A stretch of 63,888 nucleotides of DNA, filler included. It is 8 parts of 8 records of this genome, joined end to end, with 100 filler letters (N's around TTAATTAATTAA, not from the genome) between each part and the next. Parts side by side here need not be neighbours in the genome. Positions count along the whole stretch, not along the records: positions 39,811 to 45,290 come from DRR723986_44705; positions 45,391 to 51,469 come from DRR723986_44709; 6 more parts are not named here. One strand, written 5' to 3'. Numbering within the stretch: the first letter of the stretch is position 1; every line of letters starts with the position of its first letter. This document shows positions 39,962-49,263 of the stretch, piece by piece. The notes below the pieces were generated by a model that saw nothing but the letters and a program-made list of their open reading frames with translations, searched no databases and was not told the DNA's origin. Position numbers and translations under genes: made by a program.

Positions 39962-42280
39962 CTAGCGGCGGAGGGAGCTGAGGTCCCAGACGCGGATGGT
40001 GCCGTCGCGGCTGCCGGTGGCGACGCTGCGGGTTGTGGGGTCGAGCGAAATGTTGTGAACTGCGGCTGTGTGGCCGCGAAGTGTCGTTACGCACTGGCCC
40101 GTCGACAGATTCCAAGCCCGCGCCGTGCCCTCTTGGTCGCTGGTGACTAGGTGGGTTCCATCGCCGCAAAAGGCTACACCCCACACGTCGCCTTCGCTAC
40201 CCTCCAGATTCAATTCTTCGTTGCCCGTGTCGGTATTCCAAACGCGAACGTTCTTGTTCCAGCCAACCGACGCCAACTGATTGCCCTCATGTGCAAACCT
40301 CAGGTTGTAGATCGGGCCGTCGTGTCCAGTCAGAGCCAAGCGTTGCTCCAGAGATTCAGAATCGAAAACGAACACGGTCTTTTCACTACCTGCACTTGCG
40401 ATCAGTTTTCCGTCTGCAGAGTAATCGACGGCCAAAATGGATCCTGGGTGAGTCTTGCGAGCGATCTCTTCGTCCGAGTCGATGTCAAAGATGTGCAGCG
40501 TACCTTCGCGGTCGCCTGCGACGAGTCGTTGTCCGTCGGGTGAGAACGAGATACCACGCACGGCGCTGTCTGCTTCCCAAGACCGCACCAACTCGAACGA
40601 GTCCGTGTTCCAAAGCTTGATTTCCGCATCGTCACCAGAAGTTACCATCAGTGGTCGGCTGGGATGGTACTCGACCATCCAAACAATCCCGCGATGGGCG
40701 TCGAAGCTCTTTACGAGTTCTTGCGTCGCAACATCCCAGATCCTCACGCTGCCATCTTCCACGGCGGCAGCGACCTGGGTTCCTTCGGCACCGAAGTCGA
40801 TGGACCAAACCGTGCCGGGATTGTCAGGGAGAACGACTGACGGAAAACTGTCTCCCATATCGGGCCGCGTGGCGAAGTAGATTCCTACGGCGGCAAGGAC
40901 TGCTGTTGCGGCAGCGATCCACGCCGTCCAGGTCCATCGCCGTTGGACGCGTTGGTAATTTCCAGACAGTTTCTTGACTTGATTGGCAGCGACGGCAGGA
41001 ACCTGCAGCGGCGAAATTGGGCCGTACTCGCTGACGATTGAGGCCAACGCGGCAGCAACCTCCGAAGCGGATTCGGGGCGATCGTCGGGCTTCTTGGCCA
41101 GCAGCGACATGATCAAATCCGACAGCGGCCGCGAAATGGCACTGTTGACTTTGTGCGGCGCTTCGGGCGTCACCTTCATAATGTTTTGCATCACGCCCAG
41201 GGCCGACGGGGCTTGGAAAGGGGCGATGCCGGTCGCCATTTCGTAAATGACCGCGCCAACGGAGAAGAGATCACTGCGTTCGTCCGCGGGCTCACCGAGT
41301 GTTTGTTCGGGTGACATGTAAAGCGGTGTACCGGTGACCATTCCCGTCTTTGTTAATTTGACATCGTCGCTGGCGCGGGCGAGTCCGAAGTCGGTTAGTT
41401 TGACGCGGTTCGTTTCGGCTTCGATCATCACGTTGGCTGGCTTGATGTCACGGTGCACCATGTCACGCTGGTGGGCGGCGGACAAGCCGGCGACGATCTG
41501 CATCCCGATACGGGCTACTTCGTTGGCGGGAAGTGGTTGAGCGTCAGAGAGTCGGCGTTCAAGTGTATCGCCTTCGATGAGCTGCATGACCAAGTAAGCG
41601 ACTTCGCCCTCGCTTGCCTTGGCAACTTGATACATCGGCACTACGTGTTCGTGTGAGATCGCCGCCGCCGCTCGGCCTTCGCGACAAAAACGCTGGCGAG
41701 CGGTATCGTTGGTTTGGAACTGCGGATTCAACACTTTGATCGCAACCGGGCGTTGCAGGTGAGAGTCGAATCCTTCCAGGACGATCCCCATCCCGCCTCG
41801 GCCGATAACTCGAGCGATCTGAAAATGATGAAGCTGCCCGATGTAGGCCGGGTCGTCAGAGGGGCTCAAGAAATCAAGTTCGGCGGGCGGTTGCGAGCCA
41901 CTATCGTGATTCTGAGTTGCAGCCGTATTCGGATTGCTGGCCTGATTCGTTGCGCCGTCGGTGTCGGCCAGCGATGTGGTGCCTTCAGCAGGCGTATCAC
42001 TTCCGCTGGCGGGTACATCGGCCATTGAAGTCTTTACTTCTTCCTCGACGGCCTTCACGGCAGGCCAGTAAGCGGACTGGTTGGATGGATTGAGCGCAGC
42101 GGCGTCTGCAACCAGAGAGTCAATTGCAATCTCGCCGGTTGCCATCGCTTGCAGAGCGTCTTGGCAGCGTGGACAGTCTTCTAGGTGCTTCTCCCAGTTC
42201 GACGCTGATCTTTCATCGACGGTGCCGTTGATGAGGTCGCGAAGCTGCGGCTGGGACAAGTGTTCTGCGATAGCATTCAT
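39962..42280 (-). CDS. Hanks-type Ser/Thr kinase with N-terminal ZAS-like zinc motif, TM helix and C-terminal WD40 propeller
   Basis: HLEDCPRC; GRGGMG, VAIK, HRDIKPAN, DFG, GTPLYMSPE; TM WIAAATAVLAAVGIYF; about 7 GH...WD repeats. Confidence 0.93.
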   Translation of the reverse strand: MNAIAEHLSQPQLRDLINGTVDERSASNWEKHLEDCPRCQDALQAMATGEIAIDSLVADAAALNPSNQSAYWPAVKAVEEEVKTSMADVPASGSDTPAEGTTSLADTDGATNQASNPNTAATQNHDSGSQPPAELDFLSPSDDPAYIGQLHHFQIARVIGRGGMGIVLEGFDSHLQRPVAIKVLNPQFQTNDTARQRFCREGRAAAAISHEHVVPMYQVAKASEGEVAYLVMQLIEGDTLERRLSDAQPLPANEVARIGMQIVAGLSAAHQRDMVHRDIKPANVMIEAETNRVKLTDFGLARASDDVKLTKTGMVTGTPLYMSPEQTLGEPADERSDLFSVGAVIYEMATGIAPFQAPSALGVMQNIMKVTPEAPHKVNSAISRPLSDLIMSLLAKKPDDRPESASEVAAALASIVSEYGPISPLQVPAVAANQVKKLSGNYQRVQRRWTWTAWIAAATAVLAAVGIYFATRPDMGDSFPSVVLPDNPGTVWSIDFGAEGTQVAAAVEDGSVRIWDVATQELVKSFDAHRGIVWMVEYHPSRPLMVTSGDDAEIKLWNTDSFELVRSWEADSAVRGISFSPDGQRLVAGDREGTLHIFDIDSDEEIARKTHPGSILAVDYSADGKLIASAGSEKTVFVFDSESLEQRLALTGHDGPIYNLRFAHEGNQLASVGWNKNVRVWNTDTGNEELNLEGSEGDVWGVAFCGDGTHLVTSDQEGTARAWNLSTGQCVTTLRGHTAAVHNISLDPTTRSVATGSRDGTIRVWDLSSLRR

Positions 42281-42876
42281 GGTTCTTCATCCATCCGCTG
42301 TTCGACTTCGGCTCTCAGTTTGGCGGTCACACGACTGCGAGCCACATAGACGGCACCTTTTGAAATGCCAATTTGCTCCGCAGCCTCATCCGCCGAAAGG
42401 CCATCGATTGCGGTCAGCTCAAAGGCTTTCCACGTGTTGGGTTCAATCGTCGGCCGAAGCTTCTGCATCGCGTCGGCCGCGAGTTGCCGTTGGTGCTCGA
42501 GTTCCCATTGTGCGTCAAGTTCGCTTGGGCCGGAGGTTTGATTGAGCAGTTCAAACTGAGCGGTATCGTTGGCCGTAGCGCCAATGCGTTGACGTTTTTC
42601 GAAGTACGTCGATAGTTTGTTGCGAGTGATTGTAAATAGCCAGGCGCGAAAACCGCCCTTCTCTTTTGCATAGTCCAGTCGGCCAATCGCCATACCGACA
42701 CTTCGCATCACATCTTGAACCAAGTCAGATGCGTCGGAGTCTTGGAGTCCACGGCTGCGGGTGAAACGATAAAGCATCGGTCCGTAGCTCGAGACGAAAT
42801 CTCCCCACGCATCATGATCATCGCGATCACGCAGTCGATAAACCAAAGTGGCTCGAGTGGCGGGAGATTCAGTCAT
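42277..42876 (-). CDS. ECF sigma factor (kinase-associated planctomycete type)
   Basis: TRATLV.RLRD, DASDLVQDV, FRAWLFTI, VYVARSRV; 4-nt overlap with the kinase. Confidence 0.92.
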   Translation of the reverse strand: MTESPATRATLVYRLRDRDDHDAWGDFVSSYGPMLYRFTRSRGLQDSDASDLVQDVMRSVGMAIGRLDYAKEKGGFRAWLFTITRNKLSTYFEKRQRIGATANDTAQFELLNQTSGPSELDAQWELEHQRQLAADAMQKLRPTIEPNTWKAFELTAIDGLSADEAAEQIGISKGAVYVARSRVTAKLRAEVEQRMDEEP

Positions 42877-43041
42877 TTTATTCCTTACGGTTGAAGCAGT
42901 CTGCATTCTAGCGAATCGTCGCTCATGTCCGTAGGCCGCGGGCTGCCAGTTTGTCCGCCGAATTTTGCATCCGTCGACTCTATTGGGTGGTAGAAAAGTA
43001 GGCCGGATCAACGCCCGGCCAAACCAGACAGTCCTGGAGGA

Positions 43042-43794
43042 CTATGCGGGGGACTCGGACATGTCCGCTTCGACGACGTCGCGGCCAAAGGACTCGTAGG
43101 CTGATCCGATTTGCTGGGCCATCGAGTCGGGCCAAGCGTGGAAGGTGCCGCTTTCGACCGCGTCAAAGATCGCTTTGGCCACCAACGATGGCGGCTCAGC
43201 GATCTCGGCCAAATCCTTGTCGGCTTCGATCATGTCAGTCTTGATCGGCCCGGGGTGCACGCTGACGACGTGCGTCCCCTGCTGCTTGAGCGATTCACGC
43301 AAGCCCTGGGTGATGGCGTAGCTAGCTGCCTTTGATGCGGAGTAGGTCGCGAACTGGCCGAACGTCTTGACCGAAACAACGCTATTTAGCTGAGCCAGAG
43401 CTCCGCCTCCGTTGGCCTTCAGCACAGGTGCAAATGCTTGAGCGACTCGGACCAAGCCGTAGACGTTGACATCGAATTCAAAGTCCAGTGACTTGTGAAC
43501 GTCTTCGTCTAAGGCACTCGTGGTGGTGAGGACGCCAGCGTTATTGACGACAACTTCGACATCGCCAGCTACTTGAGCGGCTGCAGTGATCGACTCGGCG
43601 TCTTGCAAATCGACGCGAACAGGAACGACTCGGTCACCGTGTTCGGCAACCAGCTTGTCGGCGGAAGCAAGTGTTCGAACCGCTGCGTAAACCTTCTTAG
43701 CACCGCGTGCAATTGCCTCTTCGACGATCGCTCGTCCAATGCCTCGATTCGCACCAGTTACCAAGACGGTCTTGTTGTTGATTTCGTAAGTCAT
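43042..43794 (-). CDS. Short-chain dehydrogenase/reductase
   Basis: TGANRGIG, NNAG, YSASK, HPGPIKTDM. Confidence 0.93.
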   Translation of the reverse strand: MTYEINNKTVLVTGANRGIGRAIVEEAIARGAKKVYAAVRTLASADKLVAEHGDRVVPVRVDLQDAESITAAAQVAGDVEVVVNNAGVLTTTSALDEDVHKSLDFEFDVNVYGLVRVAQAFAPVLKANGGGALAQLNSVVSVKTFGQFATYSASKAASYAITQGLRESLKQQGTHVVSVHPGPIKTDMIEADKDLAEIAEPPSLVAKAIFDAVESGTFHAWPDSMAQQIGSAYESFGRDVVEADMSESPA

Positions 43795-43944
43795 AGCTTT
43801 ATGTCCTAAAAGGTTGGGAAGTCCAAATTGGTCAAACGCTGCTTGGCGTCTGAAAGGGAATACTGTCGGAAGCGGTGAGTCTTACAGGTGGGACTCAAAA
43901 AACTTGCATTTTCATTTTGCCGACTGTTGAGAGGCGGCTCTTTA

Positions 43945-45081
43945 TCAGCGGCTCGCGATGCTGACTTGCATTTCTGGGGCGGGAGCGATGACTTGCACGA
44001 GTTGCGAGGGCATCAATCGCTCGTTTCCTTCCACGATGACTTGGGCTCCGACGGACAGGTTGGGCGAAGCGAGTGCGATGCGATTGGGCGTTTCGAAAAG
44101 CACACGGACGGGCACTTGGACAGCGGTCTTCTCATTGTCGACCACGAAGACTGTTGGTTGACCGCTGCGGCGTACAAGAGCATCTTTTGGAACGGTCAAG
44201 AATTCGCCCTGGCGGCCAGAGGGCACAAAGCCTTCGATTGACATACCAGGTGCGAGCAGATTGTCGCGGTTCTCAACGGTTGCAATCAATTGAATGGTTC
44301 GCACCCGTGTGTTCACATCGGCCAGACGCTTTGTTTCCAAAACATGCAGTTGTTTTTCGAGAGCCGATGAACGAACGACGACTCGGCTATCGGCGTCTTG
44401 CAGTGCGGCGGCGAATCGCTCGGGAACTTCCAACCACGCCTCAAGCGCGCCGCTGGAGACAAGCGTCAAGAGCCGATCACCGGGTTGCACCCAATCGCCG
44501 GGCTCGACATGGCGGGCGACAACGCTGGCATCGTAGGGAGCGACCACGGTCGTGTCGCTCAAACGTACCTCCAGCAGTCGAACCGTTTCTGCCGCGCGTT
44601 CGATGCGACGCTGAGCGGCTTCAATCTCGGCAACGGCAACTTCCGATTCTCGGCGGTAGCGGTCAATTTCTTGTTGGCTGACCGCGTTCTGCCGAATCAA
44701 CTCCTCAGCCCGACTCAAATTGGCGGCCGCTTGTTTGGCGATCGCGCGATACCGTTTCAACTCCGCCTCAGCCACTCGGCGATCGGCATGAGCGGCGGAT
44801 GTTTGAGCGTGAAGTCGACGGGCGTCAATCTTGGCGATTACGTCTCCCTTCTTGACCGAGTCGCCTGCTCGGGCGGTCAACTCAACAAGGCGTCCGGACT
44901 CCAGGGCGGCGACATCCCCGCGAGCGACAGCTCGAAGCGAACCGGTCACTGCCTGCCGCTGCTGAAGTGTTTGAAGCTGTACGCTGGAAACGCGAACTGG
45001 AGTTTGACCGGCTGAATTTCTGGCCGCCCCGACTGAGACAGCCAAGGCGAGTGAGAGAGTAGCGGCGGTATTTCTAAACAT
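43945..45081 (-). CDS. RND efflux periplasmic adaptor (MFP)
   Basis: Lipoyl halves (GDSVKKGDVIA; APYDASV), coiled-coil hairpin, VPKDALV. Confidence 0.85.
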   Translation of the reverse strand: MFRNTAATLSLALAVSVGAARNSAGQTPVRVSSVQLQTLQQRQAVTGSLRAVARGDVAALESGRLVELTARAGDSVKKGDVIAKIDARRLHAQTSAAHADRRVAEAELKRYRAIAKQAAANLSRAEELIRQNAVSQQEIDRYRRESEVAVAEIEAAQRRIERAAETVRLLEVRLSDTTVVAPYDASVVARHVEPGDWVQPGDRLLTLVSSGALEAWLEVPERFAAALQDADSRVVVRSSALEKQLHVLETKRLADVNTRVRTIQLIATVENRDNLLAPGMSIEGFVPSGRQGEFLTVPKDALVRRSGQPTVFVVDNEKTAVQVPVRVLFETPNRIALASPNLSVGAQVIVEGNERLMPSQLVQVIAPAPEMQVSIASR

Positions 45082-45290
45082 GGTTTCACCTGCTGATGGA
45101 ATGCGAAGGTTGATCCTACGCATGGAATACCGACCGCACGGGGCCGTCTTACAGCAAGGTGAAAAATCTTTCGCGATTCGATTGTAAACGTCGCCAAAAC
45201 CCATGTCAGAAGGGAAGGCAAAGTCGCCGTAGGTGCAGGCCAACTCAGTTATCTACCTCCAGTTGCCTTCCTCGTAGTGGACGAGGTCAC

Positions 45291-45390
45291 NNNNNNNNNN
45301 NNNNNNNNNNNNNNNNNNNNNNNNNNNNNNNNNNTTAATTAATTAANNNNNNNNNNNNNNNNNNNNNNNNNNNNNNNNNNNNNNNNNNNN
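45291..45390. other. Artificial contig linker
   Basis: N-run with TTAATTAATTAA. Confidence 0.99.
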
Positions 45391-45848
45391 CCCGCCACAA
45401 ACGAACAACACTTGTCATCAACGGGAAACGTCAAGCAACAAAAGAAGTCGCGACCGTCGACACGCCGAGCCTTCAGACGTATCTCGTAGTTCGACTTTGG
45501 AAAGTCCTTCTTCTTGTAGTTGATTCCGGTCATCGGATCGCCAGCGTGCAAGACGAGCACTTTGCCATCCCATTCAACTTTCCCTTCGCCACCAAAATCA
45601 GTGCTCTCCCAATCCCCCAACTCCTTCGTCGGCAACATTTGTTTCCACGGGGATTTCTTCTTTGCTTTTGCTTTGTCGGAGGGCTTTGTTGATTTCTTGT
45701 CGTCGGCCTTTGCCTCAGTCGTTTCAAGCTTCTTTTCTTGTCCGCCCTCTTGCGTCTGCACAGTGGCATTTGCTGTTTGCTCTCCTGCAAACGCGAAGCC
45801 TGGGCTGAAGAGGACGATTCCAATCAGCAGCGGAATTCTATTGATCAT
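45391..45848 (-). CDS. DUF1080-like secreted protein (3'-truncated)
   Basis: Signal peptide; DFGGEG.V, NYEIRL.ARRVDG.DFFC.LTFPV. Confidence 0.65.
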
Positions 45849-46087
45849 CGAGTTTCTCCTAGCCGAATTGATTGCAGTGCGGGGCATCACGCGAGTCCGC
45901 TCACCAGGCGCCAAGCCTAAGCCTGGCAAACGCGGCGCGGACAGGGTTATCCCAGCCTAAGCGGGTTTAAGCAAGATGCGAGTTCAATTGCGGCTCGTTA
46001 ACACTTCCGCAAAATCCCTACAGTCCGGACATTTTAAACGGGATTTCACGCAAGCGGTTGGTGCAGGAGGGCGGATCGAGCCGATTC

Positions 46088-46666
46088 ATGGAGTACGTTT
46101 CCATACCAATTTCGCTGGCATCCAATTTTCTGGACACGCCGCACAGCGAGACAATACCTCGAGCATCCGACGAGCGTTCCGAAGTGCCTAAAAGTAAAAC
46201 TGCCGTTGAAGCTACACGATTGCCAGCACTTGGCCGAACTAGCGTCGGCTCGCACGTTAAGCTAGTCGTTCGACTCGCAACAGCATGCTTGCTGGCCTAC
46301 TGGCTCGGCATATTCCTGCTGACACACCTTCCCAGCTCGGCAATCCCAAAGCTTCAGTGGTCGGACAAGGTCTACCACGCTGGTGCCTTCGCCGGACTCT
46401 CTTTCTTGCTTTGCTGGGCCCTGCCGACTCGAGTCGGCTCGTTCGCTCGCGGCCGTCAAATGCTTCTAGCTGCCCTGATTGCGATTGCTTACGGTAGCCT
46501 TGATGAGTTCACTCAGAAATTCATCCCAGGCCGCAGTTGTGACATTTGGGATCTAGCCGCCGATGCCGTTGGTGCGCTGATTGGCGTAAGCTGCTATCTA
46601 GCCGTGCGGACTCTGCTGGTACAGTTTGAAATCGGCCGTAATGTAATCAACAAGCTCGCTCGCTAG
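46088..46666 (+). CDS. VanZ-family membrane protein (start uncertain)
   Basis: DKVYH..AF, DEFTQ.FIPGRSC...DL.AD. Confidence 0.85.
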   Translation: MEYVSIPISLASNFLDTPHSETIPRASDERSEVPKSKTAVEATRLPALGRTSVGSHVKLVVRLATACLLAYWLGIFLLTHLPSSAIPKLQWSDKVYHAGAFAGLSFLLCWALPTRVGSFARGRQMLLAALIAIAYGSLDEFTQKFIPGRSCDIWDLAADAVGALIGVSCYLAVRTLLVQFEIGRNVINKLAR

Positions 46667-46688
46667 TCTCATCACTTCCCAACACAGT

Positions 46689-47750
46689 CTAGCGTCCACT
46701 GAGTGAAGCTAAATCTGCAGCCCAGCCTTCTAACAGAGCCGTTTGGTTCGCGTTTCGTTCCACCTGCTCAATCGCTCGCAAACACCGCTGCCAACAGTCA
46801 ATTGCAGCGTTGGGGCTCGACCTCCACGACTTAGCTAGCTGTTTCGCTGCGCCGAGCGTCTGCGTTTCGACGGAACCGGTTGTGCCGCTAGCATCTAGCA
46901 GCAAGTAGGTGTTTCTGTACAAATCAGCCGCTTGCTCAAAGATGAGCCGAAGTCTTTCTCGTCGCAGCCGGGCCTCTTTCCCGACAGCGTCGACATGGCC
47001 AGAACAGCTCTTTGCCAGCCCAGGAAAATCAAACGGAAGGGACGAGAGCTCCTTCAAGATCTCGCCGCGAAAATGCTGAAAGTCCTCGTTCTCCAGTAGT
47101 CCCAACCTGGCAACGCTGCCCCCAAGCATGGCTGCTTGGCTCGAATCGACCTGCCGTCCCTCGGGAAGCAATTCGTTGCTATTGACAATCTGCATCACGT
47201 GATCGTCGGACAATGGACGGAACACGATCGTTTGGCATCGTGAACGAATTGTGGGAAGCTGTCGCTGCAGTCCAGTACCAATCAAAATCAGAAGCGAATC
47301 GAGAGGTGGTTCCTCAAGCGTCTTAAGCAGACAATTGGCTCCTTCCGCATTCAAAGAATCAGCATCGTCCAAGATCGCTATTTTCCGGCGACCTGAATAA
47401 GGCTTGAGGCTAATGTCGTGGCAAAGCCCCTCGCGCATTCGCTTCTCACGTTCGCCAATCAGCAACTCGATCGGCATCGCAGACTTCTCAGCCGGCTTGA
47501 AGACCTGGATCAAATCCGGGTGCGTGCTTGCTTCGACCTGAGCGCAGTCTTCGCAGCCGCCGCATGCCTCAATTGCCGAAATATCACTGCGACGGCACAA
47601 CAGACTCTTGGCCAGCATCCGCGCGAAAGTTCGCTTTCCGATCCCTTCCTGGCCCACAAACAGAAAACTGGAAGCCAAGCGCCCGCGGCCAGCCGCATTT
47701 CGGAACCACTGCAATTGTTGATCGTGTCCCAGGCAATCTTGCCAACGCAT
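46689..47750 (-). CDS. holB: DNA polymerase III delta-prime subunit
   Basis: GQEGIGKR, C...CGGCEDC, HPD, ANCLLKTLEEPP, LPTIRSRC. Confidence 0.92.
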   Translation of the reverse strand: MRWQDCLGHDQQLQWFRNAAGRGRLASSFLFVGQEGIGKRTFARMLAKSLLCRRSDISAIEACGGCEDCAQVEASTHPDLIQVFKPAEKSAMPIELLIGEREKRMREGLCHDISLKPYSGRRKIAILDDADSLNAEGANCLLKTLEEPPLDSLLILIGTGLQRQLPTIRSRCQTIVFRPLSDDHVMQIVNSNELLPEGRQVDSSQAAMLGGSVARLGLLENEDFQHFRGEILKELSSLPFDFPGLAKSCSGHVDAVGKEARLRRERLRLIFEQAADLYRNTYLLLDASGTTGSVETQTLGAAKQLAKSWRSSPNAAIDCWQRCLRAIEQVERNANQTALLEGWAADLASLSGR

Positions 47751-48039
47751 CCTGTTGTTTCCCGATCGATTATCGTAACTTTGAGAGTCATACCTGCAGC
47801 CGCTCTCGAGCCTAATCGGCGAGGGTCCCAAAGGCACACTGCAGATCAAAAGCCGTAGACAGAGTGACGCTCCCCCGCGGAAAGACTGGAGCGCAGGATC
47901 AGAATCGCGACCTCACCAACTACCGATTGAAGCTCTAATTTGCCTTCGCAGCCATGCGACTCAGGCCTCCACAAACTGCCGTTTATGGTACGCTTAAAGG
48001 CGAGTAAGCTCTACGGGCACTGCCTTCACCTACTCCCAT

Positions 48040-48115
48040 TTTTCGGCAGCCCACTAGGTTTTCGGCAGCCCACTAGGTTTTCGGCAACCCACCCGGTTTT
48101 CGGCAGCCCACCAGG
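48040..48115 (+). repeat. 19-bp tandem repeat, 4 copies (VNTR)
   Basis: TTTTCGGCAGCCCACTAGG x2, TTTTCGGCAACCCACCCGG, TTTTCGGCAGCCCACCAGG; no spacers. Confidence 0.92.
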
Positions 48116-48187
48116 GAGGGAGATAGATGATCAACGATTTTCTTTTCCTGTAGATCAACATTTCGTACGGATACATTTTCGAAGATC

Positions 48188-49165
48188 ATGACCACGCAAC
48201 GGAAGGCCTCCTGGTCAGACAAGTTTGCTTACATCGCGTTTCGGTGCGTATTCTGCATCGTTCAAACGCTCTCCCTGCAATCCTGCGAGCGATTCTGCAA
48301 GATCATCGGTTGGATCATATCCGACGTTACAAAAGTTCGTCGAAGCATCATCGATGAAAATCTCCGCCGAGCCTATGGTGATATTTCCGACCAACATGTC
48401 GCGGTGATCCGGCGCAGAATGTGGCAGCACTTGTTTCTCATGGTCTGCGAAATTGCTCACGCCCCGCGGAAGATTCATCGCACCAACTGGCGCGATCATA
48501 TCTACATGCATAACAAAAACATGACGCTGCAGACGATCATGGATCCCCGCGCCACCGTCATCGTTTCCGGCCACTTCGGTAACTTCGAAGTCGCTGGCCA
48601 CTGCGTTGGAGTCTTTGGTCTGCCGCCGCACACCATGGCTCGACCGCTGGACAATCCGCTGATCGACGACTTTTTGACTAAGTTTCGAACCACGGGTGGC
48701 CAATCCATCATCCCGAAGGAAGGAAGCTCCGTTGCCGTCCAGGAGTTGCTGGATCAAAGCGGCACGTTGGCGATCCTGGCTGATCAACATGCTGGCGGCA
48801 AGGGAGTCTGGGTGGACTTCTTCGGCTACCCAACATCGTGCCACAAAGCGCTTGCACTGTTCGTCTTATCAGCAGGCGCGCCGATGATCGTCAACTACAC
48901 ACGGCGACTGGACCGCCCACTCCGATTCGAAATGGGGACGATTGGCATCGCTGACCCTGCAGAGCTCAAATCCCCCAATCCTCCCGAACACTTGCAATCA
49001 GTGCATGACCTGACGGAATGGTACAACGCGCAGCTTGAGGATGTCATACGACTTGCACCGGAGCAATACTGGTGGCTGCACCGGCGATGGCGAGAAGTGC
49101 CCGAGAAGGCGCTGCGACGCCTCGAGTCGCGGCGACGCAAGAAACGCGAGCAGGCTGCTGCATAG
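48188..49165 (+). CDS. Lipid A late acyltransferase family (LpxL/HtrB-like)
   Basis: GHFGNFE, LDNP, LADQ, VDFFG, PEQYWWLHRRW. Confidence 0.88.
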   Translation: MTTQRKASWSDKFAYIAFRCVFCIVQTLSLQSCERFCKIIGWIISDVTKVRRSIIDENLRRAYGDISDQHVAVIRRRMWQHLFLMVCEIAHAPRKIHRTNWRDHIYMHNKNMTLQTIMDPRATVIVSGHFGNFEVAGHCVGVFGLPPHTMARPLDNPLIDDFLTKFRTTGGQSIIPKEGSSVAVQELLDQSGTLAILADQHAGGKGVWVDFFGYPTSCHKALALFVLSAGAPMIVNYTRRLDRPLRFEMGTIGIADPAELKSPNPPEHLQSVHDLTEWYNAQLEDVIRLAPEQYWWLHRRWREVPEKALRRLESRRRKKREQAAA

Positions 49166-49263
49166 TACCTGCCGCGTGAAATCTATAGCGGTGTCGATCG
49201 CCCTAAGCTCACCGCAACGCGCTGCGTCACTCGGAATCAACAATTGGCATCTGAACGCGGCCC

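Noticed and set aside
48040-48115. Possible CRISPR array
   Set aside because: The 19-bp units are directly adjacent with no spacers, and there are no cas genes.
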